A DNA stretch of 64,000 nt from an uncultured Candidatus Saccharibacteria bacterium (GCA_964383705.1 CAYLHJ010000001.1:37659-101658), one strand, 5' to 3'; numbered from the stretch's first letter, positions 18,283-28,692 are shown. Program-made: numbers and translations. Notes: a model not told the origin generated them from the sequence alone.

Positions 18283-19812
18283 CTATCTGGCAAATTCGAT
18301 AATCCTAGATTCTCTTATTATGGTTACCTTTATTTCTCCAGGGTATTTTAATTCATTTTCTATCTTGGTTGCTATGTCTCGGGCTAGTTTTTTGGCTTCT
18401 AAATCAGAGACTTCATTTGGTGTAACGAACACTCTGACCTCTCTGCCGGCTTGCAAAGCATATGATTTTTCAACTCCAGGGAAGTCTGTGGCGATAGCTT
18501 CAAGTTCCTTGAGGCGTTTTAAGTAGTTTTCAACGGTATCTCTTCGCGCCCCCGGTCTGCCACCAGAGATTGCGTCGGCAGTTTGGACGATAATTGATTC
18601 AATCGTCTCATACGGATATTCTCCGTGGTGAGCCTGCATGCCCTTTATAATTTCTTCGCTTGCTCCAAATTTCTGAAGTATCCTTCTGCCAATTTCAACA
18701 TGAGTACCAACAACTTCGTGGTCCACAGCTTTACCAATGTCATGAAGCAGGGCGGCCGCTTTGGCAACAGATACATTGGCGCCAAGTTCCTCTGCGAGCA
18801 TTCTGGCAATATGTGCCATCTCAATTGAGTGTTGAAGTACATTTTGTCCATAACTTGTTCTGAAATGTAGCCTCCCCAGGATTGCAATAATTCTCGGGTC
18901 AAGATTATAGACTCCACACTCATAAACTGCTTGGTCACCCTTTTCTTTTATAATTTTGTTTATTTCAAGTTTTGCTTTTTCGACACTTTCTTCAATTTTG
19001 GCAGGTTGAATTCTGCCGTCGGCTATGAGGTTTTCAAGGGCAACCCTGGCAACTTGTCTTCTAACCGGGTCAAAAGACGATAGGGTGATAGATCCCGGGG
19101 TGTCATCGACAATTACTTCAACACCAGTGGTTCGTTCAAAAGCCTTGATATTTCTACCTTCTTTTCCTATGATCTTTCCTTTGACCTCGTCTGATGGAAT
19201 ATTGACTGTTGTTGTCATAATTTCAGAAGGAACGGCGCTAGCAAGGCGTTGAATTGTTAAAGCTAAAATATTTTTTGCTTTTTCTTCAATTTTTTCATTT
19301 CCCATCATTTCAAGCTTTTGTACACGCGCAATCAAATCTTCTTCCGATTGTTTCTCGACAATTTTCAAAAGTTCTTCACGGGCTTCTTCTTTGCCCATGT
19401 GAGATATCTTTTCGAGAGAGTTTTCTTTCTCAATTGCCAGAGCATCAACTTTTTCCTTAATTGTTTTTACTTCGGCGATGCGAGTCTTTAGTTCTTCGGC
19501 CTCTTTATCAATATCAAGTTGTCTAGTATCAAGAAAATCCTCCTTTTTTATCAGGCGCTCTTCTGTTTTTTTAATTTTTTCTTCCCTCTCTTTTATTTCT
19601 GCCCGTGCGGATTTTATTGTTTCCTCGGCTTTTTTCTCTGCTTCAGTTGTGACTCTTTTTGCTTCTTCTCTGGCCTCGAGCATCATCTGCTTGATATCAA
19701 GTTCCATAGAACCCTTTTTCCCAAGTGAAATAATCCAACGAAGGAAATAACCAAATGCAATGCCTGAAGACGCCGCAAGCGTTACTAAGAGTAGGACAAT
19801 CTTTAATGACAT
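18283..19812 (-). CDS. rny: Ribonuclease Y
   Basis: N-terminal TM, coiled coil, KH domain (KGKIIGKEGRNIKAFERTTG), HD domain (LLHDIGKA). Confidence 0.9.
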   Translation of the reverse strand: MSLKIVLLLVTLAASSGIAFGYFLRWIISLGKKGSMELDIKQMMLEAREEAKRVTTEAEKKAEETIKSARAEIKEREEKIKKTEERLIKKEDFLDTRQLDIDKEAEELKTRIAEVKTIKEKVDALAIEKENSLEKISHMGKEEAREELLKIVEKQSEEDLIARVQKLEMMGNEKIEEKAKNILALTIQRLASAVPSEIMTTTVNIPSDEVKGKIIGKEGRNIKAFERTTGVEVIVDDTPGSITLSSFDPVRRQVARVALENLIADGRIQPAKIEESVEKAKLEINKIIKEKGDQAVYECGVYNLDPRIIAILGRLHFRTSYGQNVLQHSIEMAHIARMLAEELGANVSVAKAAALLHDIGKAVDHEVVGTHVEIGRRILQKFGASEEIIKGMQAHHGEYPYETIESIIVQTADAISGGRPGARRDTVENYLKRLKELEAIATDFPGVEKSYALQAGREVRVFVTPNEVSDLEAKKLARDIATKIENELKYPGEIKVTIIRESRIIEFAR

Positions 19813-20029
19813 GTGGTGTGCGAAAAACTTCGCTTACCGATTTTTACTATAATTCTACGAAATATCTATTTTCCCAAAGAGTCATATAGTGATAGTGGTA
19901 GGAAATGAACTGAAGACGGGCGGTATTATCGTAAGCGGCAGGCGAAATTTTTAATTTAATTTTTAAAAAGTAACACTATGACTATATAAGATTTTTTCTT
20001 TGTTGTAAAGCTGTAGTTTAAATTCGGTT

Positions 20030-20614
20030 CTATGAGTTTTTTGGCTTTAGGATTTTATCTACAATACCGTATTTAACGCCTTCTTCTGCAGTCATAAAGT
20101 AATCTCTATCCACGTCTTTTTCTATTTGTTTTTCGGTCTTTCCTGTATTTTCAGCCATTATTTTATTTAATCGGGCGCGAAGTCGAAGAATGTTTTTCGC
20201 TCTAATTTCAATATCAGTTGCTTGCCCCTGAGCTCCTCCAAGTGGCTGGTGGATCATAATTTCAGAATTCGGAAGTGCAAAACGCTTACCCTTCTTTCCA
20301 GCTGACAAAAGCCATGCTCCTCCAGAAGCAGCCATACCAACACAAATCGTTGAGACATCTGGTTTGATGTGGTTTATTGTGTCTATCATTGCCAAAGTCG
20401 CACTTGCGGAGCCACCTGGAGAGTTTATATATAAATAGATATCTTTTTTTTGATCCTCTGATTCAAGAAATAAAAGTTGCGCAATTATTAGGTTGGCAGT
20501 GTAATCATCAATTTCTCCTCCCATAAAAACTATCCTATCTCGCAGAAGTCGAGAGTATATATCATAAGCTCTTTCACCAAATTGGGATTTCTCTATAACT
20601 GTTGGTATTAACAT
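20030..20614 (-). CDS. clpP: ATP-dependent Clp protease proteolytic subunit
   Basis: [18 protein letters not shown]...[11 protein letters not shown]...MIHQPLGG catalytic triad context. Confidence 0.9.
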   Translation of the reverse strand: MLIPTVIEKSQFGERAYDIYSRLLRDRIVFMGGEIDDYTANLIIAQLLFLESEDQKKDIYLYINSPGGSASATLAMIDTINHIKPDVSTICVGMAASGGAWLLSAGKKGKRFALPNSEIMIHQPLGGAQGQATDIEIRAKNILRLRARLNKIMAENTGKTEKQIEKDVDRDYFMTAEEGVKYGIVDKILKPKNS

Positions 20615-20698
20615 AAATTATGGTTATTCAATGGTATGTGCGTATACTACTAGAACTATTTTTTTTTGCAAAATTAAATAAACTTTGCACATTTTTTT

Positions 20699-21415
20699 GT
20701 GGCGTATATAGTGAATTCCATGCGGTTACATCGTTTTTTCGTTAATCAAAAAATAGGTAACAATAAAACCATCTCTGTTGTGGACCCTTCTTTGTATAAT
20801 CAATTGAAAAACGTTTTCCGTTTCACTGTTGGTGGCCAAGTTATCCTTTTAGATAACAGCGGATTTGAGTTTCATGCAATGATATCGGATTTTTCTCATG
20901 GTGAGATCAGCTTTGCTGTTGTTTCAAAAAAAGAGAGCAAGAATGTCCCAAGTCGAGAGATGCATCTTTTTTTCTCCCTTCTCAAAAAGGATAATTTCGA
21001 ATGGGTGCTTGAAAAAGGGACAGAGCTTGGAGTAGCGATTTTTACTCCGATTCTTTCAGATAGAAGCGAGAAGAAAGCAATAAATATTGAACGTGCTCAA
21101 AAAATACTTAAGGAATCAAGCGAGCAATCTGAAAGATCTTCCATGCCGATACTAAAACCCCTAATTGATTTGGAAGATGTTTTAAACCAAGATTTTCCCT
21201 GTTTTGCTTTTCATCCAAAAGGGGATACGTTTACTATCGAGCACACTCAAAATTTTTCTCCGCTAGGAGTATTTATTGGGCCAGAAGGAGGTTGGACTGA
21301 TCGAGAAATATTTTTAATGAAAAAAAATAATATCAAGATTTATTCACTAGGGGATAAGGTCTTGAGGGCCGAAACAGCTTCTATCGCGGTCGCTTCTCTC
21401 ATACTTTTGCAATAA
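20699..21415 (+). CDS. rsmE: 16S rRNA (uracil1498-N3)-methyltransferase RsmE
   Basis: MRLHRFFV start motif (probable true start near 20720) plus a C-terminal SPOUT fold. Confidence 0.7.
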   Translation: MAYIVNSMRLHRFFVNQKIGNNKTISVVDPSLYNQLKNVFRFTVGGQVILLDNSGFEFHAMISDFSHGEISFAVVSKKESKNVPSREMHLFFSLLKKDNFEWVLEKGTELGVAIFTPILSDRSEKKAINIERAQKILKESSEQSERSSMPILKPLIDLEDVLNQDFPCFAFHPKGDTFTIEHTQNFSPLGVFIGPEGGWTDREIFLMKKNNIKIYSLGDKVLRAETASIAVASLILLQ

Positions 21416-21416
21416 A

Positions 21417-22478
21417 TTAACTTTGATTTTCTAGAAACTCAAAAACCTTTTCGTTTGTAAGTGCTGTTGCAACATATATCCGCACCTTAAGGGGGTCGGC
21501 GTCCCTATGAATCATGAGGATTTTTTCTGTTTGTCTCTTTATTTCATCACTATCTGGGGTGATTTTTTCTTTCTCAGATATTTTTGAGAGAATTAATTGT
21601 ATTTTAACTTTTTTGTCTGCGGTATTTTTCCATTCATTTCTTAAATCCTCAACTTTTTTATTTATTTTTTTTAAGTATTCATCTAGAGATAATCCAGATC
21701 TTGAAATATCTCCTTCAAATTCTGCTAGCATTTTGTCTAATTCGTTTTCAATAAGAATAGAAGGTATATCAATAGATACGTTTTTAATAATGTTTTCCAT
21801 TATTTCAAGCCGAACCTTTTCTTTCTCTTGGCGATTTTTTTCTTGTGTAAGATTTTCTTTTATCTTGTTTTTTAAATCAGTTATATCTTTAAAGTCACCA
21901 AATTCTTTTATCAATTCGTCCGTAAGGGGGGAGAGGTCTTTTTCTTCGATGGGTTTGTGGTCGTGATTGGTTATATTTTCTTTTTTGTGCAATTCCATGT
22001 GAGCATGGTGTTTCCTGATTTCTAACAAAACATCGTCAATTTCTTTTTCAGAAACCGAAACACTTTCTTTTTTTGGCAAGATTTCTTTGGCTGTTTTTTT
22101 ATAATCTGGAAGTGAAAACGTTGGCAATATTGCAATTACAATACGAAAACCAAGCGGGTTATTTCTTGCAATTTTTGTCAGAGTTATGCTCGGTGAGCCG
22201 ATGACTGCTAATTTATACTCTTCAATAATTTTTATATATTCTTCTTCAAGGGCAGATTTTGCGGCGCTTTCTAATATATGCATTTCTCCGACTTTCTGGA
22301 GAACAATATTTTCTGGTACATGCCCTTTTCTAAATCCCGGCATTTCGATCTCTGTTGCCGCTTTTTTAAGTGTTTCCTCGAATTTTTTATCAAAAAAAGA
22401 TGTTTCAATTTCTCCGATAATTTCTATCTCTGACTGGGGCAGATTGTTAATCTTTATATTACTGTAATTTTTCTTCAT
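21417..22478 (-). CDS. tig: Trigger factor (short form lacking the FKBP PPIase domain)
   Basis: N-terminal ribosome-binding motif MPGFRKGHVP. Only 353 aa, and no FKBP segment is recognisable. Confidence 0.75.
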   Translation of the reverse strand: MKKNYSNIKINNLPQSEIEIIGEIETSFFDKKFEETLKKAATEIEMPGFRKGHVPENIVLQKVGEMHILESAAKSALEEEYIKIIEEYKLAVIGSPSITLTKIARNNPLGFRIVIAILPTFSLPDYKKTAKEILPKKESVSVSEKEIDDVLLEIRKHHAHMELHKKENITNHDHKPIEEKDLSPLTDELIKEFGDFKDITDLKNKIKENLTQEKNRQEKEKVRLEIMENIIKNVSIDIPSILIENELDKMLAEFEGDISRSGLSLDEYLKKINKKVEDLRNEWKNTADKKVKIQLILSKISEKEKITPDSDEIKRQTEKILMIHRDADPLKVRIYVATALTNEKVFEFLENQS

Positions 22479-22569
22479 ATGGCTTTAGAGTCTATAGAAG
22501 ATGAAGTTTTAAATCAAGAATCCCGCAATAGCGGGATTCTTGATTTTCTTAGCTTTTTTATATGGTTCG

Positions 22570-22758
22570 CTAATTTAAAATCAACTCATCAGGATTTTTT
22601 GTTTCTCTGTCTACTCGTTGCCCCAAAAAATATAGTCCTCCTAGAATAATAATTAGGATTATTATAATTATTCCTATAGTAGAACCAATTGACTTCTCTT
22701 CTTCGGGTTTTGGATTGAAACTGTTTTGAGTCGTTGGAGTCTCTTTTTGTGGTTCCAT
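22570..22758 (-). CDS. Small single-TM protein
   Basis: 62 aa ORF with hydrophobic core GIIIIILIIILGGLYFLG. Confidence 0.35.
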   Translation of the reverse strand: MEPQKETPTTQNSFNPKPEEEKSIGSTIGIIIIILIIILGGLYFLGQRVDRETKNPDELILN

Positions 22759-22844
22759 ATGTTTTTATCAATAAATATTGCCACTCTCACTAATTATAGA
22801 TTAAGTCGGAGTATTTTCCATGACTTAATCCATAATTTCAATGT

Positions 22845-23375
22845 TTATTTATTCGTAAACTTTTCTTGATATAACTTCTGACTCTCTTTGAAAGCGTCTA
22901 ATGCTTCTTTTTTGCCGTGGAAACCAGTTATGAGAACTTCTTTGTGTTGGAGTTTCTTATATGTGCTGTAAAAGTGTTCAATCTCTTTTATGGTGTGTTT
23001 ATTGATATCTTTCAAATCTTCAACATGTTCCCATCTTGGGTCATCTATTGGTACGGCAATGATTTTGTCATCTTGAGAGCCAGAATCAATCATGTTCATA
23101 AGGGCGACTGGCCTAACTCGTACCAAAATGCCAGGAGCGAATGGATATGTTGAAAGAATTACGACATCAAGTGGATCGCTGTCATGCCAAAGTGTTTGAG
23201 GTACGAATCCATAATCAAAAGGGAAGTCTTGTGCGCTGTGCATCGCTCTATCAAGGGCGATCAGGCCGGTTTTCTTATCTATTTCGTATTTATTTTTTGA
23301 ACCTTTGCCAATTTCGACAATAACATTAATTTTCTCCTCTATTCCAGAGGAAATATCGTGCCACAAATTCGTCAT
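22845..23375 (-). CDS. ppa: Inorganic pyrophosphatase (family I)
   Basis: VIVEIGKGSKNKYEID...DPLDVVIL. Confidence 0.9.
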   Translation of the reverse strand: MTNLWHDISSGIEEKINVIVEIGKGSKNKYEIDKKTGLIALDRAMHSAQDFPFDYGFVPQTLWHDSDPLDVVILSTYPFAPGILVRVRPVALMNMIDSGSQDDKIIAVPIDDPRWEHVEDLKDINKHTIKEIEHFYSTYKKLQHKEVLITGFHGKKEALDAFKESQKLYQEKFTNK

Positions 23376-23400
23376 AGAAACTCAATATTAATTAAAACTT

Positions 23401-24573
23401 TTAATTCTTTTCACTCAAATTATTTTCGGATGAGGCAACTTCTGATTGAGCGTCGGCTTGTGCCAAGTTCTCTCCTTTTGTTGATTGAATATCAATTTTC
23501 CAACCAGTTAATTTTGCCGCGAGACGAACATTTTGCCCACCACGACCAATAGCTAGAGATTGCTGGTCTTCTGACACTTCAACTTTCGCTTCACTTGATT
23601 CTTCGTTTATTGTCACAGAAAGAATCTTTGCTGGAGAGAGCGCGTCTTCAATAAATTTCTTTGGATCAGCGGACCACTCAATGATATCAATCTTTTCTCC
23701 ACCCAATTCGCTCATAACTGTTGAGACTCTGACTCCACGTTGTCCAACCATTGATCCGACTGGATCAACATGATCATCTTTAGAGAATGCGGCTATTTTA
23801 GAACGATACCCCGCTTCTCTGGCAATTGCTTTAATTTCTACAACACCATTTGCAATTTCTGGTGTTTCTTGTTCAAAAAGTTTTTCTAATAGTTTTGGGT
23901 GTGAACGTGAAAGGCGAAGAAAGATACCTTTTGGACTTTCTTCTACCCTATAAAGATAAGCTCTAATTCGCTCACCTTGGCTATATCGCTCTCCCGGAAT
24001 CTGTTCTTCGTAAGGAAGAAGTCCTGTTGCTCTGCCCATATCCACGAAGATATTTCCTCTCTCAATTCTTTGGACGGTGCCAGAAACAATTTCTCCCTCA
24101 CGTTCTCCAAATTCTCCAAGCACTGAGACTTTTTCTGCTTCCCTTATTTTCTGCATAATGACCTGCTTTGCGGTTTGTGAAGCAATTCTTCCGAAATCAC
24201 TCTTATGTTCAAGGGGGAATATTATTTCTTCATCGAGCTCAACCCCTTTCTTAATTTTTTTTGCGTCTTCTATCCACATATGATGCTCAGGGTTGAAGAA
24301 TACTCTCAAATCATCCGCAGCCCTTTCTGATTCTTGGCCTTCAGGTACATCAATAACACGTGTGTCATCCACAACAATCTTTACTTGAAAGAAATCTGTC
24401 TTTCCAGAATTTATATCAAATTTTGCTCTTACAATTTGCCCGCGTTTCCCATATTCTTTTTTATACGCAGTTGCAAGGGCCATTTCTATAGCTTCAATGA
24501 TTTTTTCTTTTGGTATACCGCGCTCTTGCTCAAGCTGGTCGAGTACGGAATTAATAACTTTTAAATCAAACAT
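23401..24573 (-). CDS. nusA: Transcription termination/antitermination factor NusA
   Basis: N-terminal RNAP-binding domain followed by S1 and KH domains (GQRGVRVSTVMSELGGEKIDII). Confidence 0.9.
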   Translation of the reverse strand: MFDLKVINSVLDQLEQERGIPKEKIIEAIEMALATAYKKEYGKRGQIVRAKFDINSGKTDFFQVKIVVDDTRVIDVPEGQESERAADDLRVFFNPEHHMWIEDAKKIKKGVELDEEIIFPLEHKSDFGRIASQTAKQVIMQKIREAEKVSVLGEFGEREGEIVSGTVQRIERGNIFVDMGRATGLLPYEEQIPGERYSQGERIRAYLYRVEESPKGIFLRLSRSHPKLLEKLFEQETPEIANGVVEIKAIAREAGYRSKIAAFSKDDHVDPVGSMVGQRGVRVSTVMSELGGEKIDIIEWSADPKKFIEDALSPAKILSVTINEESSEAKVEVSEDQQSLAIGRGGQNVRLAAKLTGWKIDIQSTKGENLAQADAQSEVASSENNLSEKN

Positions 24574-24681
24574 AATTTTTATTTTTTAAAAAAATGAGCC
24601 CGCCTTTTGGGCGAACTTCTAAGCAATAAATAATAACAGGGTAAAGTATACACCTATTTTTACTTTTGTCAATTGTTTAAC

Positions 24682-24718
24682 AAAAACCCCGCAACAAGTT
24701 CTCACTCATTGCGGGGCT
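24682..24718 (-). terminator. Intrinsic terminator for the metalloprotease gene (minus strand)
   Basis: ccccgcaa ... ttgcgggg hairpin; on the minus strand it is followed by a T-run. Confidence 0.5.
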
Positions 24719-24779
24719 CGTAATACATATATTCCCAAGTCACAATCTGAAGCTCCGTCATCACCCGAGTTCATTCGGT

Positions 24780-26081
24780 TTATCTGAAGACGGTTGGGGT
24801 GCTATTGTTTTGCTCACCGAGTAGCGCATTGACGAAGCCAAATGTCGCACCATTTTCCATCTGGATTCGTCTTACTTGCTGGAAGAGTTGGATGTAAGCG
24901 ACGTCCTTCTTGGTGGTTGTTTGCGAGATATTGTAGTTGTACGGACTCCCCGCAGGACAACCAAACATCACAGTAAGCCATCCGCAGCTGTGACCAAAGC
25001 CCAGACCATGAATGAGCTCGTGCTGGATGATCGTGGAGTTGCGAAGGGCGAGAGTTCCTATGAGAGAGATCCCCCCAAAGTCGAAATAAAGATCGCCGTC
25101 GACGAGTTGAGCCGCGCCAAAGCCGGTCTTTGATTGACTTGGGTTGATTGTTGCAAGGAATCCTCTATCGGGGGCTAATTCCGTGATCATTGCTGGCCTA
25201 AAGAGATCAATCCCGAAACTTGCCTCCAGATCAGCAACCCCACCATTCCAAAAAGCAGAGGAGTCAGAGGCCGAGATCGAGTCTGGCCAGCTTCTTCGGT
25301 CAAAGGCAAGCGGTATTGGGAAGTCTTTCCAAATTCCACCACTCTGAAGATTGGGGATGAAGAGGAAACTATCCCAAGCCACTTGCGTTTCAGCTATCTG
25401 AATATCAACCTCTATGCCCGAGAACAGTCCAGCTTGGATTACCCATTTCTTGGGTATAGAGACGAAGGTTATCTTGGTAGTCAGGGCTGTTAGCCGAGGA
25501 ATGCTCGCCTCAGATCGATAGTACGAGTTGTTTGGGCTGATGACTACCACATCAAGGAAATTCCCCATCTTGTTTCTTACAGAGATTGGGGCGGAGATGT
25601 GTCCTAGGCCTGAATTGTCAAGCAGAAGGGAATCTCCCCATGAACCAGAGGACATGATTACCTTGAAGCCTGACACATTGTCATAGCCCTGGGGGCTGGC
25701 CCCGTAGACCTGAACCACCAAATTCGGCGGTGGAACAGCCCTCATTGTGGCTGTTGCGGACTTAACTCCTCCGTCACCGGTGCAGGTTACAGAGAAAGTT
25801 GAATCTTTGTTCAAGCTCGAGGTGAAATTGTAACTGCCAGACAGCGATATACTGTCTTTCCAAGAGCTTGTGCAAGACGAGGCGTTTTCAGAAGACCAAG
25901 ACACGGTCTTCAGAGCGGTGTCACCAATTTCAACTGAAGTAGGTGAGATGGAGACACTTACAGATGGCGCTACTGGCGGTGGTGGAGGGGGAGGAGGCGG
26001 GGGCGGTGATGGTCCGGTTCCGTCTTTGCCTGAACATGCAACAATACCAATCGCCAGGATAAGCATTCTGTGATAACGCAT
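24780..26081 (-). CDS. Lipoprotein zinc metalloprotease, metzincin-type (HExxHxxGxxH), with poly-proline linker
   Basis: Lipobox LILAIGIVAC|SG, then a PPPPPPPPPPPPV linker. C-terminal motif QHELIHGLGFGHS. The gene is visibly much GC-richer (about 50-55%) than its flanks. Confidence 0.65.
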   Translation of the reverse strand: MRYHRMLILAIGIVACSGKDGTGPSPPPPPPPPPPPVAPSVSVSISPTSVEIGDTALKTVSWSSENASSCTSSWKDSISLSGSYNFTSSLNKDSTFSVTCTGDGGVKSATATMRAVPPPNLVVQVYGASPQGYDNVSGFKVIMSSGSWGDSLLLDNSGLGHISAPISVRNKMGNFLDVVVISPNNSYYRSEASIPRLTALTTKITFVSIPKKWVIQAGLFSGIEVDIQIAETQVAWDSFLFIPNLQSGGIWKDFPIPLAFDRRSWPDSISASDSSAFWNGGVADLEASFGIDLFRPAMITELAPDRGFLATINPSQSKTGFGAAQLVDGDLYFDFGGISLIGTLALRNSTIIQHELIHGLGFGHSCGWLTVMFGCPAGSPYNYNISQTTTKKDVAYIQLFQQVRRIQMENGATFGFVNALLGEQNNSTPTVFR

Positions 26082-26252
26082 GGGAAACCTCTTTGGTTAA
26101 TATATGTATGTGTTAAAGAGCGGAGTAAGTTTGTCTAAAAAAATTATAAAATTTAAAACGGATGTATGTCAATGTTATCCACAACTTGTTTGGAATATTT
26201 TCATGAATTTGAGGATTATTTTATGTTATTATTAGGAGTCTAAAGGGGTTTA

Positions 26253-26792
26253 TTGTTCTTTTATCTTTATTTTATTTTTAATATGGAGCCACAAAATCAA
26301 ATTAAGTCAACACCTAAGGGCGTTTCTCTTATCATCATCGCCTTCATCGGTCTTTTGGTCATTGCCTATTTAATGAGCGTTTCTTTCAAGAATGATGAAG
26401 TTCGAGATGAGAAACAATATACGAAAGAAAATGTTGAGGTCAGCAAGGTAGATCTTGCTACAGCCCAAGGTGATGGAAAAATTCCAAGCGGTTTTCCTAA
26501 GGATATTCCTGTTGAAGTAAATGGTATTTTTGAGAGCCTTTCGAGTAATTATAAAGATAGAGGAGTAATTTTATATAAGCTCAGTTATTCCAGCGGACTT
26601 TCATTGGACGAAGCTTACGATTTATATGCTCAATATCTTTCTAAGGCCAAATACACTCTAGATGGTGGGACAAAGACAGAAAATACCAGATCTCTTTTTG
26701 GTAGAAGAGGAGATGATAGTTTTTCGGTAGTTATTGCAAAAGCTGTGGATGGATTAACAACGGTTCAAATTTCTTATACAGATAGACAATAA
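26253..26792 (+). CDS. Hypothetical N-terminally anchored protein
   Basis: TM segment VSLIIIAFIGLLVIAYLM; likely true start MEPQNQ at 26283. Confidence 0.45.
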   Translation: MFFYLYFIFNMEPQNQIKSTPKGVSLIIIAFIGLLVIAYLMSVSFKNDEVRDEKQYTKENVEVSKVDLATAQGDGKIPSGFPKDIPVEVNGIFESLSSNYKDRGVILYKLSYSSGLSLDEAYDLYAQYLSKAKYTLDGGTKTENTRSLFGRRGDDSFSVVIAKAVDGLTTVQISYTDRQ

Positions 26793-26805
26793 TTAAATAA
26801 ATTAC

Positions 26806-28602
26806 ATGTCAACCAATTTTAATTTCATGAGTATTAAAAAATTATTATTTTTTTCGGCCTTTTCTCTCTTTATCTTTTTTGTTGGAACTAATGGTTCTTT
26901 CGCAGCACAAAGCGGTGGTGGTACTCCTGGTGGTTGCGCCATTAACTTCTTTAATCAAGTTTCTGGTGTAACCCCGGGTGGGCAACAATTTGAAGGCAGA
27001 TATCTTCGATGGGATATGACTACTGGTTGCACCTATGCAACTATCACTGTTCCTGGTTCGAATGCTCCAATAAATAATGTAAGCAATATTGGCCAAGCGG
27101 TAATAGGTCTCCCAGGTAATATTTATAATGGGAACTATGTTTTGACGGCTCAAGACAGTTCGGGTAATCAAGTAACAGCAAGCGTATACTATGGAGCCAA
27201 ATCAATCGCAGCTTGTGATATTAGCTCTTGGAATGTTTTCACTGGCCAACCAAACCCTTCAGTTTCCGTTGTTCAGTGGACAGTTTCAGGTTGTGCTGGG
27301 GGATATGATATGTATTTGAATGGTGCCCCCGTATCTGGAGGTTCGGCCAACATGTCTTCTGGGGTTAATACTTTAACTCTTTATCAGAGGTCGGTTGGAC
27401 CATCATTTCTCACTGACACAGTAAGTTTTAATTTTAATCCAACATCTGGTGGTGGCGGTGCTGGTTATGGGAGTATAACAGTTGTACTTTCGGGAATTGC
27501 TGATCCTAGCGGTGTTGATTGGATTGTTGGGCCTGGTGGTTATACAGGAAATGGTAGCGCAAGTACTGTAATTAATATCCCAAATGCGGATATTTCTCCG
27601 ACTACTGGTACAACTTTTGATATATCTGGCCTAACCTATCCGGGTTGTTCTTACGTTGTTACTAATAGTGATGGTGGAGGTTCTTCACTTCTTATGTATC
27701 AATCAAACGATAAAGCTTTTTATGTTGATTATAGTAATTGTGGCGGGTCTTCTCTTACTGTAGATATAAAAGCGGACGGTCTAGACGGTCCAATGTCTAT
27801 TTCCTCAGGGCAATCAGTTAATTTAACTTGGGCTTCAACTGGCGCCACGTCGTGCTCTGGAAGCAATTTTTCAACTGGTGGTGCAACAAACAATATTACA
27901 GGAGTTTCATCTGGCGCACTGACGTCAACGAAAATTTTTCAGGTTGATTGTACAGACGGTGTTTCAACTGTCTCAGATAATGTAAAAGTTCTGGTTGCCT
28001 TCGGTTCATCTTTTGACTATTCATTATCAAATTCAGGTGATGTCTATGTAACCCAAGGTTCAAGTAATGTTCAAGTCCAATCAATTATTGATAAAAATCT
28101 CGTCACTGGTACTTCTCAACCAGTTACTTTATCTGCCTCTGGATTGCCGGCCGGTGTAACTTTGACTTATGCAAATCAAAATTGCTCTCCTACCTGTGCT
28201 TCGACTTTGACTTTTACAATTAGCCCAACCGCCCCAACAGGAACTCATAGCGTAACGATACAAGGTGATGGTGGTGGGGTTGTTAGAACTACATCTTTTG
28301 ATTTGATTATTAGCCCTGCTCCAACAATATCTGTTACCTGTACTCCATCTCCTTCTCCAGCTTCTGTTGGTCAATTGGTTACATGGGATGTAACAGTTTC
28401 TGGTGGAACTGCTCCGTATTCATATGCCTGGTCTGGAACTGATTTTGCTGGAACTCCAGCAACAGATCCGTATACCTTCACTTATCAAACTACGGGAGCA
28501 AAAGTCGCCACAGTTACTGTGACAGACAGTGTCGGAGTACAGGGATCTTGTGCGGCGACAGTTCTTCAGGTTAAGGTAAAACCAACATACGAAGAATTTT
28601 AA
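26806..28602 (+). CDS. Large secreted Gly/Thr/Ser-rich protein with multiple Cys pairs (adhesin-like beta-repeat protein)
   Basis: Sec signal (LFFSAFSLFIFFVGTNGSFA). Low-complexity G/T/S-rich sequence with a recurring Cys-containing repeat pattern. Immediately upstream of pilB. Confidence 0.55.
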   Translation: MSTNFNFMSIKKLLFFSAFSLFIFFVGTNGSFAAQSGGGTPGGCAINFFNQVSGVTPGGQQFEGRYLRWDMTTGCTYATITVPGSNAPINNVSNIGQAVIGLPGNIYNGNYVLTAQDSSGNQVTASVYYGAKSIAACDISSWNVFTGQPNPSVSVVQWTVSGCAGGYDMYLNGAPVSGGSANMSSGVNTLTLYQRSVGPSFLTDTVSFNFNPTSGGGGAGYGSITVVLSGIADPSGVDWIVGPGGYTGNGSASTVINIPNADISPTTGTTFDISGLTYPGCSYVVTNSDGGGSSLLMYQSNDKAFYVDYSNCGGSSLTVDIKADGLDGPMSISSGQSVNLTWASTGATSCSGSNFSTGGATNNITGVSSGALTSTKIFQVDCTDGVSTVSDNVKVLVAFGSSFDYSLSNSGDVYVTQGSSNVQVQSIIDKNLVTGTSQPVTLSASGLPAGVTLTYANQNCSPTCASTLTFTISPTAPTGTHSVTIQGDGGGVVRTTSFDLIISPAPTISVTCTPSPSPASVGQLVTWDVTVSGGTAPYSYAWSGTDFAGTPATDPYTFTYQTTGAKVATVTVTDSVGVQGSCAATVLQVKVKPTYEEF

Positions 28603-28627
28603 GAATATAGAAAATAATTACTAAAAT

Positions 28628-28658
28628 AAAAAATCCTCAATGCTGAGGATTTTTTATT
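28628..28658 (+). terminator. Intrinsic terminator
   Basis: aaaaaatcctca atgc tgaggatttttt. Confidence 0.55.
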
Positions 28659-28692
28659 TTGTCTTTGTTACAATAAAAGTAATAGAATTCTC

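Noticed and set aside
18320-19750. Several plus-strand ORFs (60-97 aa, e.g. 19478..19750, 19519..19728) inside rny
   Set aside because: These are antisense to a well-supported RNase Y gene. The Ser/Phe/Leu-rich low-complexity products are typical antisense artefacts of Lys/Glu-rich coding sequence.
26806-28602. 598 aa protein as the major pilin of the adjacent T4P locus
   Set aside because: It has a classical Sec signal peptide rather than a prepilin G|F..E N-terminus, and it is far larger than any major pilin. It is better described as a secreted adhesin-like repeat protein.
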